NCBI GenBank assembly: GCA_977017645.1
Contig: OZ360239.1
Span: forward strand, 68,076,001-68,140,000
DNA from: Torpedo marmorata
Taxonomy: Eukaryota
DNA length: 64,000 nucleotides
Reading direction: 5' to 3'
The position numbers and the translations under genes were made by a program. The notes beneath the pieces were generated by a model. The model searched no databases. It saw only the letters and a list, made by a program, of their open reading frames with translations, and was not told the origin of the DNA. This document shows, piece by piece, positions 22,915-36,820 of this stretch (positions are counted from its first letter, which is position 1; each line of letters begins with the position of its first letter).

Positions 22915-23025
22915 ACCTACGCAAACATGGGGAGAACAAAGAAATTCCTCACAGACAGCTCCAGATTCAAACCCAGGTCGCTGGCGCTGTAATAGCGTTG
23001 TGCTAACCACTACACTAACCGAGCC
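22915..23025 (-). mobile_element. Partial HE1-like SINE
   Basis: Similar to the head region of 361-610 (CGCTGGCGCTGTAA, GGGGAGAAC). Confidence 0.6.
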
Positions 23026-24105
23026 GAATGTGCTGCAACAAAAATTGCTGCAAAAAAAATCGTAATGGATATAAAACCTTAAATTGTAAGCACCAATTAA
23101 TACCCAAGAAAACTACTGTAATGAACAGGTTCTTTCCTCTTTTGCAGTCACTGGTTTTACCCTGGACATTTGAAAATCTTTCTTAAAAGTTATTCTTTAC
23201 ATGAATTACTTTTGCTTTGTCTCTCAAAGGAAGAAGGTTTGAAAGTAGCTTTTGGATGAAGTATTTTGTTATCACATGCTTTCTTATTTAATTTGAAATT
23301 TAATGTCATTTGAAAAATCTCCCCATTTCAGTCTTATCTTTTCAATTTGGTGGAGACTTGATGGTTGAGTCCCTTGCACTTCCTCAGATCAGGCTTTTGC
23401 AATTATACAAATGTTACTTATGCACATAATGGTCTTCTGCTTCTCCTAATCCTGTATCCTGTTAACTATTTAAAGAAATTGGAATAGAACCTCAATACAC
23501 CTGGAGCAAATCAATGCAACATACAGCAAAAAAATTATGATTAAATATATTCAAGCAATTAATTGTTTACTGATGCTGGCTTTGAATAACCAATGATGGT
23601 TGATGTTGATTAGTATTTTTAAACTTGCTTGCCATTTTTAATTTGGTTGCATTAAAACCTGCTTTCATTACATGAGACTGCCACAGAAAATTACCATAGT
23701 GAACTGTCCTTTTGAAGGGTTACAATTTCCAACCCACAAAAGGGAGATTAATGCTTTTAAGTAGTTCCGTCAATTGCTTGTCAAGCAAAGAAGAAACAAA
23801 AGTGAGTGAAGATTCAATAAATGAAAAACAATCACGACAGTAGAAAAACATTTTCATCTTTGAAACTATCCACCAAGCACAAAATTTTAAACATCCTGAG
23901 AGGATCAACAGCATTGATGCCTTGTAGCTGTTTCCTCTCTGGCAGGGGTCAAATATTTTGTACTGTGATCAGTAGGAATCTCCTTGCACAAAGGACTATA
24001 CCTCTGGTTTTCAAACTTTTTCTTTCCATTCACATACCACCTGAAGTAAGCACAGAGCACCTATGGCATCCAGTGAGCTATCCATTTCAGGACAGAGCAG
24101 TCAAT

Positions 24106-24997
24106 ATCCCTTTTCACACTGGCTAACCAGTAAATTGGCCGTTCAGTGAACCGGTTAAAGAAGCCATTTTTGCCGTTCACACTGGACCACTGTTAACCGG
24201 TTCTCTGCGTCCTTTCACACTCATCACAAGGCATCCCCGGGGATAGGGGAGGCTATTCTCCACCGGTGACGTCTGAGAGAAGCATCGAGCGATGGTGGAC
24301 CTGCCCTAAATCCTGATCAATGTATTATGATCTTGTATTTAAACAAAATTAATCATGCCTAATTATAACATAATTAAGCATTATATACAGCACAGTATGA
24401 GCCCTTCAGCCCCTGTTGTTGTGCCGACCTATATAAACCTTTATAAATGTATAAAGGACCGTGGGATAGTGGTAGCGGCAATAGCGCACAATTTATAAAG
24501 ACTGTGGGAAAGAGCGATGGCGGACCTGCCCTCCCAGAATTTCGTGCGGCAGAGAAAGGGCTGTATGCACGGAGCACTCATGGAGGGGTTTCTCTGCCGC
24601 ACGGAATTCTGGGAGGGCAGGTCCGCCATCGCTCTCTCTCTCTCTCTCTCCCTCCCGCTGCGACTTTCCCACGGTCCTTTAGAAATTTATAAAGGTTTAT
24701 GTAGGTCGGCAAAGTTTATACCTTCTTTTTAATCTTTTGTTTCCTTCACGTTCCTGCACTCACGCAAAAACGTCATCAACGCGTCACTACTTTGTCCCTG
24801 GATAGTAAGTGTCCCTTTCACACTGGGCTAATCGGCACGCAAGCGTCAGATGACCCCGGGGATGAGAGTAGGGGTCTAGGCAGTCCATCCCAGGCATATT
24901 TGATGCCTGCGTGCCAATTCTGGAGCATTCACACTGGACACTTAACCGGTATATTGGCCATTAATTACTAGGACAAGGTGCCAGTGTGAAAGGGGCT
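24106..24997. mobile_element. PIF/Harbinger-like MITE, copy 2
   Basis: Same TIRs and body as 22003-22836, 3-bp TSD AAT; contains ~100 bp absent from copy 1. Confidence 0.85.
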
Positions 24998-25489
24998 AAT
25001 ATTAAACACAAAGTGTTGGAAGAAAGCCCCTCAGTTTTTACTGAATTATATCAAAGGATTACATTCACAAGATTACAAGATACAGGAGCAGAAGTAGGCC
25101 CATTGGCCCATCGACATTGACTAAAGACTAAAACTCTCTTGAATATACATTGGTAAAGTGTTCCACAAATGGCATTCACAATGATAAAGGAATTTGATCA
25201 ATTAGGTATGGATAAAAGGTTACAGTTACATTCTTCTCAAAAAGATTAAGAGTGTTGAGTTCATTAAATTTTCAACAGACATCCAGTAGGTATCACAAAA
25301 TAGAAGGAAATTTATATGGCATGTTTTACATCACTTTCACTAAGCCTTGGAGCAGTATAAACCCAACTACGGTAAGTACCTTTATAACGTGAGCCACAGT
25401 CAAGATGCAATCAGTCATGATTAAACAGGATGACCAACAGGAGCTGAACAGCTCAGTCCTGCCTGCTCCCATATCAACAATTTCCACTT

Positions 25490-26150
25490 AAATAGCAACT
25501 TTAATGTAGAAAAAAGCCCCAAAGCACTTTACCATATTGTCATCAAACAAAACATTATACCAAGCTGGACAAGTACTGTATTAGGAAAGCATACATAAAA
25601 GCAAGAGTCTAAAGCTTTAGGGAGAGGTTCAGCCTTGTTTGTTGGCATCCTAGCAATTATGGAGTGATTAAATTTGAGGATCAGCAACATACCAGATTAG
25701 GTAAAGAAAAGTTAGCTGTGAGGTAAAGTTGAGCATCATCAGCAAACATGGAAACCAAAGCTTTGTTTTCAGATGATGTTACCAAGGGCAGTAAGTTGAT
25801 GAGAAAGAGGGCCAATGCGATATCCTTAGTAGACACCAGTGACAACAGTACAGGCAGATGGAGAAAAACTATTGTTGATGATTCCCTGGCTATAACTGGA
25901 TAGTGTGAATACAGTCAGGCTAGAGCAACACCAATCAGCAACAAAACAATAGAAAGGCATTGGAAGATGGCAGGGTGAACCAGTCACAAACGATACAAAG
26001 CTACAGAAAGGTAACAGAGATTGTTTCAATCTTGTAGGATTGTATTGGTGACCAATCAGAACAGTTTTGCATTGGTAGGTGCAGAAACCTAGCATTCATA
26101 AGATAGCTAACTTGGATATAACATTACCAGCACATCACCAAGTATAAGAT
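25490..26150 (-). mobile_element. Ancient L2-like LINE RT remnant
   Basis: The minus strand reads HMFADDAQLYLT at ~25715-25750, preceded by a decayed GVPQGS.LGP motif at ~25810-25840. Confidence 0.6.
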
Positions 26151-26971
26151 CCCACCAACGGTCATATATAAATAAGGACATTGCTTGAGGATAATGGCAA
26201 CACTGTTAGATTTCACATGAGGAAGGGCAATGGGTTTATCACATTTAATACAGGAGCATCAATCAAAAGTATAATAGGACTAGGAAGTATGAACATTAAA
26301 TGTTGAAAGCACGACTTCAATGCCCATTTATACACAGTGTAATGCAACAGTAATATAAATAACGGTTATCATCTTTTTGGAGTACAGATCATGGAAAAAC
26401 AAATCTTCCTTTTCCTGAAAGAAAGGAATTATTTCAAGACAGTTAATTTTAAAATAACACAAAGAAGACCACATGTATTTGTGCTGACAAATGACCGTCT
26501 CATTAATCCTGGAAATTCACATGAAAAAAAGCCCACAAGTAAATGTGAGCACTCAAATTTTAAATTTCTGGTCACAGAATTGTATTTCTCCTCAAAAATT
26601 CTGTTTCCCCTCAGCACCAAATTAGTGGTGTGTTCATTTTTATTTCTTTAAACATGAACTGGAGAATCTGTTTGAATGAATTTGCATTTCTTTTCTTTAG
26701 TTACAGCAAAGTGATTACAGCAAACAAATCTAGCAATGTAAGAATATTCTGCATATTATTTATTCGTGACATCACTTAGTCCACATGTTGGTGAGTACAA
26801 TTCACAGCTGCTCTGCACAGCTGCAAGTCCACATGTTAATGTTGTCTTGGCATTAATGACCATGCAGAACACCATCCTTTCAAACTTAAAAGTTTAGCTC
26901 TAACAATCAAAAGGCGACAGTGAATACATTTCACACTTAGGAGTTTTGATTTGACATTAAATTTATCTTAC

Positions 26972-27144
26972 CCTCATGCCAAGTACCAAGAAACCAATTT
27001 CTTCCATCAGTGGGTATTTGCTGATCTGTTGTTGTATTTTCTCAGCTGAAGCATCAGGGTCATAACTCTTTTTCCCAATTTTAACATCCATGATGCATGG
27101 TTTGCTGAACCTGCGTGTCACATCTTCCAATTTAAGATACAACT
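26972..27144 (-). CDS. IPMK: IPMK internal coding exon (173 bp; equivalent to mammalian exon 4)
   Basis: Minus-strand translation (E)LYLKLEDVTRRFSKPCIMDVKIGKKSYDPDASAEKIQQQISKYPLMEEIGFLVLGMR contains the inositol-phosphate kinase PxxxDxKxG signature. It is flanked by a TTCAG acceptor and a GTAAG donor. Phase matches the 97-bp exon upstream (G|AG = Glu). Not in the ORF track. Confidence 0.96.
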
Positions 27145-27281
27145 CTGAACTTCAAGGTTAAAGAGCAAACCTGCCTCAGTAGGGTTCATGAAATATCATT
27201 GTGCACTATTTTGATTACTTCATTATTATTTTCAAGACAAAGATATTATCATACATTTCCTTCACAAGACGCATCACAATT

Positions 27282-30200
27282 AAAAAGAACTTTAGCATAT
27301 ATTAAAAAGTTGAGGGTAGATATAGCTTTCTTACAAGAGACTCATTTGATAGACCTGGAACATCAAAAATTAAAAAGAGAGTGGGTTGGTCATGTGGTGG
27401 CTTCTTCATTTAATTCTAAAGCAAGAGGCGTAGCTATATTAATTAATAAAAAATTACCTTTTAAGATACAATCGGTAGTTACAGATGTAGCAGGAAGATA
27501 TGTGTTGATACATTGTCAAATTTATTCAGAATCTTGGACACTTATGAATTTATATGTGTCAAATCCAGATGATGAGCAGTTTATTCAAGATGCTTTTTTG
27601 CATTTGTCAGACGCTAATGAGAATATTTTAATTGGGGGAGATTTCAATTGTTGTTTAGATTCAATAATGGATAAAACCTCAAGATCACCTGTTAGAGCTA
27701 AAATTGTTTAAAAAGTTCTTAATTTGATGAAAGATTTAAATTTAATAGACATCTGGAGGAGATTGAACCCTAGGGAGAAAGATTATTCATTTTATTCTTT
27801 TAGACATGATTCATACTCTAGGATAGACTTATTTTTATTATCATCACAGGTTCAAGATAGAATAACGCAAGCATCTTATAAAGCGAGAGTGATTTCTGAT
27901 CATTCACCTTTGTTATTGTCTTGTATAATTCTGGAAAAAGAAAAAACTATATATAATTGGAGATTTGATTCGTCGTTATTAAAAAGGAAAGATTTTTGTG
28001 AATATATAAGAAGAGAAATTCAGGAATTTTTACGAATAAATGTTAATTCTATTAATGATAAATTTATAGTATGGGAAGCTTTAAAAGCTTATTTAAGGGG
28101 TCTAATAATAAGTTATTCAGTTAAAATTAAGAAAGATTATCTTAAGGAATCAGAAAAACATGAGAAGGAAATTGAACTTATGGAGAAGGACTTACAGAGG
28201 AATAGATCAATTCAAAAGAGAAATTGTTTAATAGGGAAGAAATTACATTATAATTTGTTACAAACATATAGAATGGAAAAATTAATTGAGAAAACTAAAC
28301 AAAGATATTATGAATTAGGAGAAAGAGCACATAAAGTTTTGGCATGGCAATTGAAAAAAGAACAAGTTTCTAAAACTATAAATGCTATAAGGAAGAAAAA
28401 TACTGGAGAAATAACTTATAAACCTCAAGAGATAAATGAATCTTTTAAAGATTATTATCAGAATTTATATAAATCGCAGATTGACCAAGATGATTCTAAA
28501 ATTAATAGATTCCTATCTAAAATCATATTACCTAAATTGAATATTCGGAGTAGAGACTCTTTAGATTCGCCTTTCACAATGAGGGAAGTTAGTGAAGTTT
28601 TTTCTTCGCTGAAGAGTGGTAAATCTCCGGGTGATGACGGGTTTTCATCAGAATTTTATAAAGAATTTAAAGATTTATTGATACCTCCATATATGGAAGT
28701 ACTAGATCAAATTACAGAAACTCATTCATTACCGAAAACATTCTTAAATGCTATCATTACAGTTATACCAAAGAAGGATAGAGATGTATTAAAAACTGAA
28801 TCATATAGACCTATTTCATTATTAAATGTAGATTATAAAATAATGGCAAAAATTTTAGCAAACAGAATGGCTAAATATTTGCCAGATTTGATACATATAG
28901 ACCAAGCTGGTTTTATTAAAAATAGATATTCAAAGGATAATATAGCTAGATTAATTAGTTTAATTAGTTTGCATAAAAAGAAACAAGATTTACCATTAGT
29001 TGTAACATTAGACGCTGAAAAGGCTTTTGATAGATTAGAATGGAATTTTTTATTTAAGGTATTATAAAAATTTGGTTTTGGAAATACATTTATAAATTGG
29101 ATTAAAACTATATATAAAGAACCATCAGCTAAAGTAATTACAAATGGACAAATATCGCCAAAATTTTCTTTGACACGTTCTACGAGACAGGGATGTCCCC
29201 TGTCACCAGCTTTATTTGTTTTGGCGATAAAACCCTTGGCTGAATTAGTTAGAAAAGATTCTAAGATAGTGGGTATTAAAGTTGGTATGGAAGAACATAA
29301 GATTAGTTTGTTTGCAGATGATGTATTGATATATATGACAAAATCTATTACATCACTTCAACAACTATCTATTATATTAAGAGAATATGGTGAAATATCT
29401 GGATATAAAATTAATTCTGATAAAAGTGAAATAATGGCTTTATCTCAAGGTGATTATACTAGATGTAAAGAAATTACACAATTTAAATGGGCTAAAGAAG
29501 GAATTAAATATTTGGGGGTTAAGGTTGATACAAAATTGGAAAATTTATATAAATTAAATTATCTACCATTATTTGTGAAAATAAAGAAAGATTTAGAGAA
29601 TTGGAAAGATTTACCCATAACTTTAATGGGAAGGGTAAATTGTATTAAAATTAATATTTTTCCAAGAGTTCAGTATCTTTTTCAATCAATTCCTTTTGGA
29701 ATTCCTCAAAATTTTTTTAAAGATTTAAATTTTATTATTAGGAAATTTTTATGGAAAGGAAAGATAGCAAGAGTAAGTATGGAAAAGTTAACCTGGAATT
29801 ATGAGATGGCAACTTCCTAATTTTCAAAATTATTATAAAGCAGCTCAATTAAAATTTGTCAATGAATTTTTTGATTCAACTAAATCTTCTGCTTGGATTA
29901 AAATAGAATTAAATAATATAGGAGAAAATCTTAAAGAAGAAATTATTTATAAATGGAATTCTAAATTAATATTATAAAAAAGAAAAATTCACCGATTATT
30001 AAACATTTGTTAGAAATATGGGGTAAGACGGATAAAGAGATAGGTGGAAGAGGATTAATTTCTTCAAATATGCCATTATATCAAAATGGACTTATATCAT
30101 TTACTATTAATAATCAATTACTTGAACAACACTGGAAAGAATTGTGTAAATTGAGTATGACTAAGATTATTAATGTTAGATATAGATTAGTACAGTATAA

Positions 30201-32149
30201 TTTTTTTCATCAATTGTATATAACACCCAAAAAATTAAAGAAATTCAATCCGGCATTGTCAGATATGTGTTTTAGATGTAAAGATGAAATAGGTTCCTTT
30301 GTACATTGTACATGGTCATGTTCGAAAATTAAAAATTTTTGGTCTAAAGTCAAAGATTTTTTAGATAGAGTTTTTAATATTATGATTCCAATGGATCCTA
30401 TGATATTTTTATTTGGAGATATAAAAAAAATGAGTATTAGAAATAGATTAAATATGTACCAAATAGAATTTTTACGAATCGTATTAGCTATTTCAAAAAA
30501 ATGTATTGCTATTACTTGGAAATCAGATTTAGATTTGAATTTAGATAGATTACATGCAGAGTTACGTTCTTGTATACCACTGGAAAAAATTACGTATAAT
30601 TTGCGAGACAAATATCATTTCTTTTTGAAAATTTGGAGCCCATATATGAGAATTATGGGTATGAATTAATTCTCTAAAAGTTAGTACCGCTGACAAAAGT
30701 ATCCTCCATATATAAATAGAGTTAGTCTGAAATAGTTTTCTCCTCATACTAACTCTCTTAACTTTATTTCTCATTCTATTTCTTTCCTTTTAACTAACAT
30801 TTCTATATATTATTTTTTTTTTTATTCTCTTTATTAGAATAGTGTGGGAGGGCTGGGGAGGGGAGGGAGGGAAGGGGGGTTGGTAAAAATATCACATGTA
30901 TTTTGATAATATATTATTTTGATTATGTATTTTGTGATTTTAAAAATTAAATAAAAATTAAAAATAAAAAAAAAATAAAAAATAATCAATTACTTAAAAT
31001 TTGGTTTCAAAAAGGTATTAAGAAGATTAATGATTGTTTTGAAGCTGGAAGATTTATTACGTTTCAAAGAATGAAAGATAAATTTAATATACCAGATAAT
31101 ACATTTTTAGCTTATTATCAAGTTAAAGCTTTTTTGACTGAGAAATTAGGTTATGCTTTGATTTTACCAAGACAAAATGAATTAGAATTATTAGTTACTA
31201 ATGGAGATGTTAATAAATTTATTTCTCAAATGTATAAATTGTTTCAGAGGAAAATGCCTAAAATAGGATTACATAAATCAAGATTAAAATGGGAATTAGA
31301 TTTAAATGTAAATATAGATGAAAATCATTGGAAAGATTTATGTAAGTTAAGTATGACGAAGATTATCAATGTTAGATATAGACTAGTACAATATAATTTT
31401 TTTCATCAATTATATTTAACACCTAAAAAATTAAAGAAATTTAATCCGACATTATCAGGCTTATGTTTTAGATGCAATAGTGAGGAAGGTTCTTTTGTTC
31501 ATTCTACATGGTTTTGTCCAAAGATTCAAGATTTTTGGTTGAAAGTTAAAAAATTTTTAGATAAAGTATTTAATATTGTGTTTCTAATGGATCCTATGTT
31601 ATTTTTATTTGGAGATATTAGAAAATTTAGTATTAAGATGAAATTAAATATGTTTCAAGTAGAATTTTTGCGAATTGCTTTAGCTGTTTCAAAAAAATGC
31701 ATTGCTATTACTTGGAAATCTGACTTAGATTTAGGATTAGAAAGATGGCATGCAGAGCTCCGTTCGTGTATACCACTGGAAAAAAATACTTATAATTTAC
31801 GTAATAAATATCATTTTTTCTTGAAAATTTGGAGCCCATATATGAGAGCTGTGGGTTTAAGGATTTGAAAATCTCTAGATATCAGATCTGCTGGCACACT
31901 TGACCTCCATAATAGAATTAGTTTAGAAGGTATTCCCCTCATTCTATTCTTTTCTTTCTATTCTTTTCTTTCTTTTTTCTATTTTACTTTAATTTTTATT
32001 TTATTTTATTAGATTAGTGGGGATGGGGGGGGTTGGGGAGGGGAGGGAGGGTGGGAGGGTAAAAATATATCACATGTATTTTGATAATTTTATATTTTAT
32101 CTTATGTATTTTGTGATTTAAAAGTTTAAATAAAATAAAAAAATAAAAA
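27282..32149 (+). mobile_element. 5'-truncated L1 (most of ORF2) in the IPMK intron, antisense to the gene
   Basis: EN and RT motifs including an intact FADD, poly(A) tail, and 16-bp TSD AAGACGCATCACAATT (27266-27281, 32150-32165). Confidence 0.95.
30124..30980 (+). mobile_element. L1 3' fragment nested inside the L1 above
   Basis: Has its own CCHC C-terminus, 3' UTR and poly(A); 15-bp TSD AATAATCAATTACTT (30109-30123, 30981-30995). Confidence 0.92.
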
Positions 32150-32874
32150 AAGACGCATCACAATTTCATGCTGATTATTTACTTATTTATAATTTAGCAT
32201 CGGGGGGGATGGGTGGGAAATCTACTACAATCAACAAATCAATTAATCATGAAAAATTAATGTACATTTCAAATAGTTTTCTTTAATATAAAAGTTAATT
32301 GATCAGACATGAAAATAGTACAAAAAGCTGCAATGTAATTAAATGAGTAACTAAACAAAACCAAAATACAAATATAAGAATGTGAAGAGTGCTTTCAAAG
32401 GAAGCTAAATACATCAGCAAGTTTTGTTTTAAATACACATAAAGACCTGAACATTAAATCTAATCAATAGCAAGAGTGTGCCTGCTGCAATAGAATCCTT
32501 GTGTATCAAATGGTTAAACAGAGGTAAATAACTGTCAGAGAGTATTTTATATCAATAAGATAGCATTTGTAGCTACAATGATAAAGTAATAGTAGTTAGG
32601 AATGTTCTCAGGCTAATTACTTCTAAACTCTTACATGGTTATTGCATTGCAGAAAAACTGCAATCAATTATTACTTGCACTGGTGACAGAATTATCATTC
32701 ACAGCTTGTGTGCTGCATCATCCATTCAGTTGTGTTCAATCCAAATGGCTATTTTTATTTCAAATGCACGCAAGTACTCTCAATGTAAGAAAAAGACCAA
32801 GGTTCTTTAAAACTAATCACCTGGTCATACAGAAATGAATTTCAAAGCCGTGGATTACCTAAAACAGTAGGTTT

Positions 32875-34014
32875 ATATCGCTGGCTCTCCACTCAGCTCT
32901 GGATCACCTAGAAAACAGCAACTCATACATAAGGGCTGCTCTTCATCGACTACAGCTCAGCCTTCAACACCATTATTCCCTCAGTGCTGGTCAAGAAGCT
33001 ACAAACTCTGGTCCTCTGCTCCCCCCTCTGCAACTGGATCATTGACTTTCTCATCGGAAGACCACAGTCAGTACGAATTGGAAACGTCTCCTCCTCACTG
33101 ATTATCAACACAGGTGCACCTCAAGGATGCGTGCTTAGTCCACTGCTCTACTCATTATACACCCATGACTGTGTGGCCAGGCACAATTCCAATGCTATCT
33201 ACAAATTTGCCGATGACACCACAGTTGTCGGCAGAATCACAAACGGCAATGAGGAAGCGTAAAGGAGGGAGATAGATCAGCTCGTTGAGTGGTGTCACGC
33301 CAACAACCTTGCGCTCAACGTTAGAAAAACCAAGTAGATAATTGTGGACTTCAGGAGGAAGTCAGGGAAACACGTCCCAGTCCTCATCGAGGGCTCAGTA
33401 TTGGAGAGGGTCAAGAACTTCAAATTCCTGGGTGTCAACATCTCCAAGGATCTGTCCTGGATCCTCCATGTTGATGCAATCACGAAGAAGGCTCGTCAGC
33501 GGCTATACTTTGTGAGGTGTTTGAGGAGATTCAGTATGTCACTGAAGACTCTCGAACACTTCTACAGGTGTGCCATGGAGAGCATTCTGGCTGGTTGCAT
33601 CACTGTCTGGTATGGAGGCACCAACTCTCAGGACAAGAAAAAACTCCAGAGGGCTGTTAACTCGGCCTGTGACATCACAGGCACCAGACTTCACTCCATC
33701 GAGGACATGTCTTATAAAAGCAGCCTCTATCCTCAAAGACCCCCACCACCCAGGCCATGCCCTCTTCACTCTGCTACCATCGGGAAAAAGGTACAGGAGC
33801 CTAAAGATGAGCACTCAGAAGCACAAGGACAGCTTCTTCTCCGCTGCCATCAGATTCCTGAATAATCAATGAACCAAAGACACTGCCTTACTTTTCGTGC
33901 ACTATTTTTTAAAATTTATTGTTGTAAGGTGGTTTATATGAATGTTTGCACTATGTTGCTGCCGCAAAACACCGAATTTCGTGACTTGTTCATGACAATA
34001 AATTCTGATTCTGA
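32875..34014 (+). mobile_element. Rex1/Babar LINE, 5'-truncated
   Basis: [10 protein letters not shown] and KFADDTT motifs; (TTCTGA)n tail. Confidence 0.92.
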
Positions 34015-34260
34015 TGCTGTTGGGGAGTGGAGTGGATGGGGAAAGGGAGCGGGAATTAACTCAAAATGTTTAGATTAGATAAAGGTCCAGACACGAACCA
34101 TTTTTACCCATGGATACTCTCTGACCTGCTAACTTTCTCCAGTAATTCTTTGCTTGCAACAGGTTTATGTTCAGGAATCATTAAATAAAAACCGCAATAA
34201 TCTAGATCCATGAGTCAGTCATGAAAATTGCTTCACAGCTGTAGTTTCTTCAAAGGATAC

Positions 34261-34357
34261 CATTAGGTGCAGTTGTTGGTGCCCAGGTGCCAAGGAACTT
34301 CGGCAGGAATTTACGTAGTTCTAAGAATACCTGATCATGACACGAAGAACTAAACAC
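34261..34357 (-). CDS. IPMK: IPMK internal coding exon (97 bp; equivalent to mammalian exon 3)
   Basis: Translation VFSSSCHDQVFLELRKFLPKFLGTWAPTTAPN+G resembles vertebrate IPMK (..LLELRKYLPKYYGIWSPPTAPN). It has a pyrimidine-rich TTTCTCTTTCCAG acceptor and a GT donor, and splices in frame to 26972-27144. Confidence 0.93.
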
Positions 34358-36820
34358 CTGGAAAGAGAAAGAAAGAATGTTGGAAACCAAAAAATATTTA
34401 AATACTGTATTTGAACTGCAAGGAAATTTGTTAATGTCATGGAAGTATTTATTGAATGGTCTCCAGAATATCTTTTGACCAAGATCATCTCATTAGGGAA
34501 GTAATGCCATTCATAATCAAGAGTTGTTGAAGTGCAATTTAATCAACAAAAGTGAAACAAGTACATAAATTTTGGTATTACAAAAATTGTCAATCAAAAT
34601 TTGTACATCAATTGCTCAACCAATAAAAGTTCAGAATGGGTTTGAATATTAAACCTAAACCTGTACTCCTAAACCTTTCCATTTATTCCTATACATTAAA
34701 CATTCACTGTACAGCAGCAATGCAGATTAGAAAAAATTGTAAATCAGTAATTTCAGAAAGATGAATAAAACAAAATAATGATATTAACTAAAATATTACG
34801 TCAAACCATGGGGCAAAACCTTTAAAAGTCTAAGATGAAAACAATCTGACGCAAAGAACAGCCTACACTAAATATAAATATACAGTACTCTGATTTTTAA
34901 CAAGTAAAATTGCTCAATATTGAATCAGTAGCAGTAATATTCACCTTTGCATCATGAGATTGATTTTGCACAGGCACATTCTAAAACTGAAACAAAAAAT
35001 GCTGAAAAAAAATTCTGCAAGTCAAACAGCATTCACGGAAAGTGAAAAGCAAGATGACAGTTTCAGGAAAATCGATTGACTCTGCCTGATAAGCACAATA
35101 TTTCTCAAGCATTCTGTTTTAATTTCAGATTTCTACCATCTGTAATATTTCACAAAAGTGATTCTGCATTCAGTTTCTGTTCCTGCAGAAACTCCCGATT
35201 ATTGTTCAGCTGCTTCGATAGCAACCAGATCTATATAAATACTTCAAGAACTCCAATGGTTGAGGAATGTGCTCCTCACCAAGAATGGCACGGCCACTTT
35301 CAAGCCTGCTTTGATAGGCAAGATAGGAAAGAAGAAACATCAACACCAAGCCACAACGTGCACCTGTTGATTAATCAATATGACCACCTCAAAGGTAGCC
35401 ACTTCCAGACCATCTTGCTGGAAAGTAGCAAATACTTCGAGTAGCCTTGAAAAATTTTCTGCTTAGTTTATTACCATCTACGAAGCATCGAGCATAGTGA
35501 AAGTTTAAACAAAATAAGAGTGGCCCAATGATATTTATGGCTTCTAATCTTTTGTCCTTGAAAATCATGTTCCGATAGTTTCATTTTAATAAAAAACAAT
35601 CAATAGCTTCAACTGCACCATTTATTTATCGAGATCAGCTGTATCTAATTTACATCATTTATACACCAGAACTACCATTAAAAAAACATTGTTAAAGACA
35701 TGGAGAGTTTGAGAACAAGGCAACTCAAAAGACTAACAGCCAAACTGCCTCCTTCTATACGTTTCTTTACACAATAAACAATATTTATATTGAAGATTTA
35801 TAATAAAGAATAAAAATAAACATCAAAATAAAACAAAAAAAAATAAGTTTACACACTAATCAAAAATTTAGGTATCATACTCAAATGAATAAGAACTCCA
35901 ATCTTTCACCAGAACTGATTGCCTTGCATTGGAGTGATAGATTCTACAGAGCAAGTACCCAAGCACATCCATTTTCAATGGGGGCCATACGACCCCCCCA
36001 CCCCCCACCCCCGCCCACCCAGGCCACAGCACATTTAACAGGGGACACAGACCGAAATCATTTAAAAAATATATATTTTTGATATAGCCCGTAGGAGAGA
36101 AGTGCAGAAGAAACCAACTACACTTGACTGCTTCACAGTGAAGGGGGCCTACAGACTTTGAACGGAGTCCTAAGGAGGCCATAACCAAAAAAAGGTTGAG
36201 AATGGCTGCCCTAGCATAATCAGAATTAGCACAGTTTTATCCCCATGTTCAAGGCAAAAATATTTATAATCAGTGTGCATATCTCTTGATCTATCAGCTT
36301 CCTATCTTTTAATTATGGAACTGCAGATGACCCAATATTTTGAATTTTATATATGGCTAAATCGTCCTCATTTCTTCCTGGTTTTAACACATGCATACTT
36401 TGCATTCCAACACAAATTGCAAGTTCCTGAAACTCTTGTCAACAGTGTCTTAATAATCACCACTGATTTCTCTTACCAATAATGGATCAAGTTGGTCGGG
36501 TGGGGGAGGAGGTGGGGGGAAGGAGTGGAAGAGAGATCAATTATTTTAATTTTGACAGAGGTTTCAATTCTAGAATAGCCCACTACAACATTGCTCTATT
36601 TGTTTGTATAACTGCCTTTTGAATGCCATTAGCATTTTATGCAGCTTTATTTACTCTAATTAGAATGCTCCAGAACATTTTTAACTAAATGCCAACTTTT
36701 TTAAACTTTATAGCAGCCAGGAATTTCTAAAAAAAGAATCAGGCTAGATGCCAGTTTAATTAATCAACCAAGGAGTTATGTGCTGGAGCACAACACTTTC
36801 TCCCTCCGCTGAAAGACAAT

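Noticed and set aside
22121-24732. Similar ORFs on both strands (MADLPSQNSVRQR...)
   Set aside because: Artefact of the internal palindrome in two copies of the same MITE.
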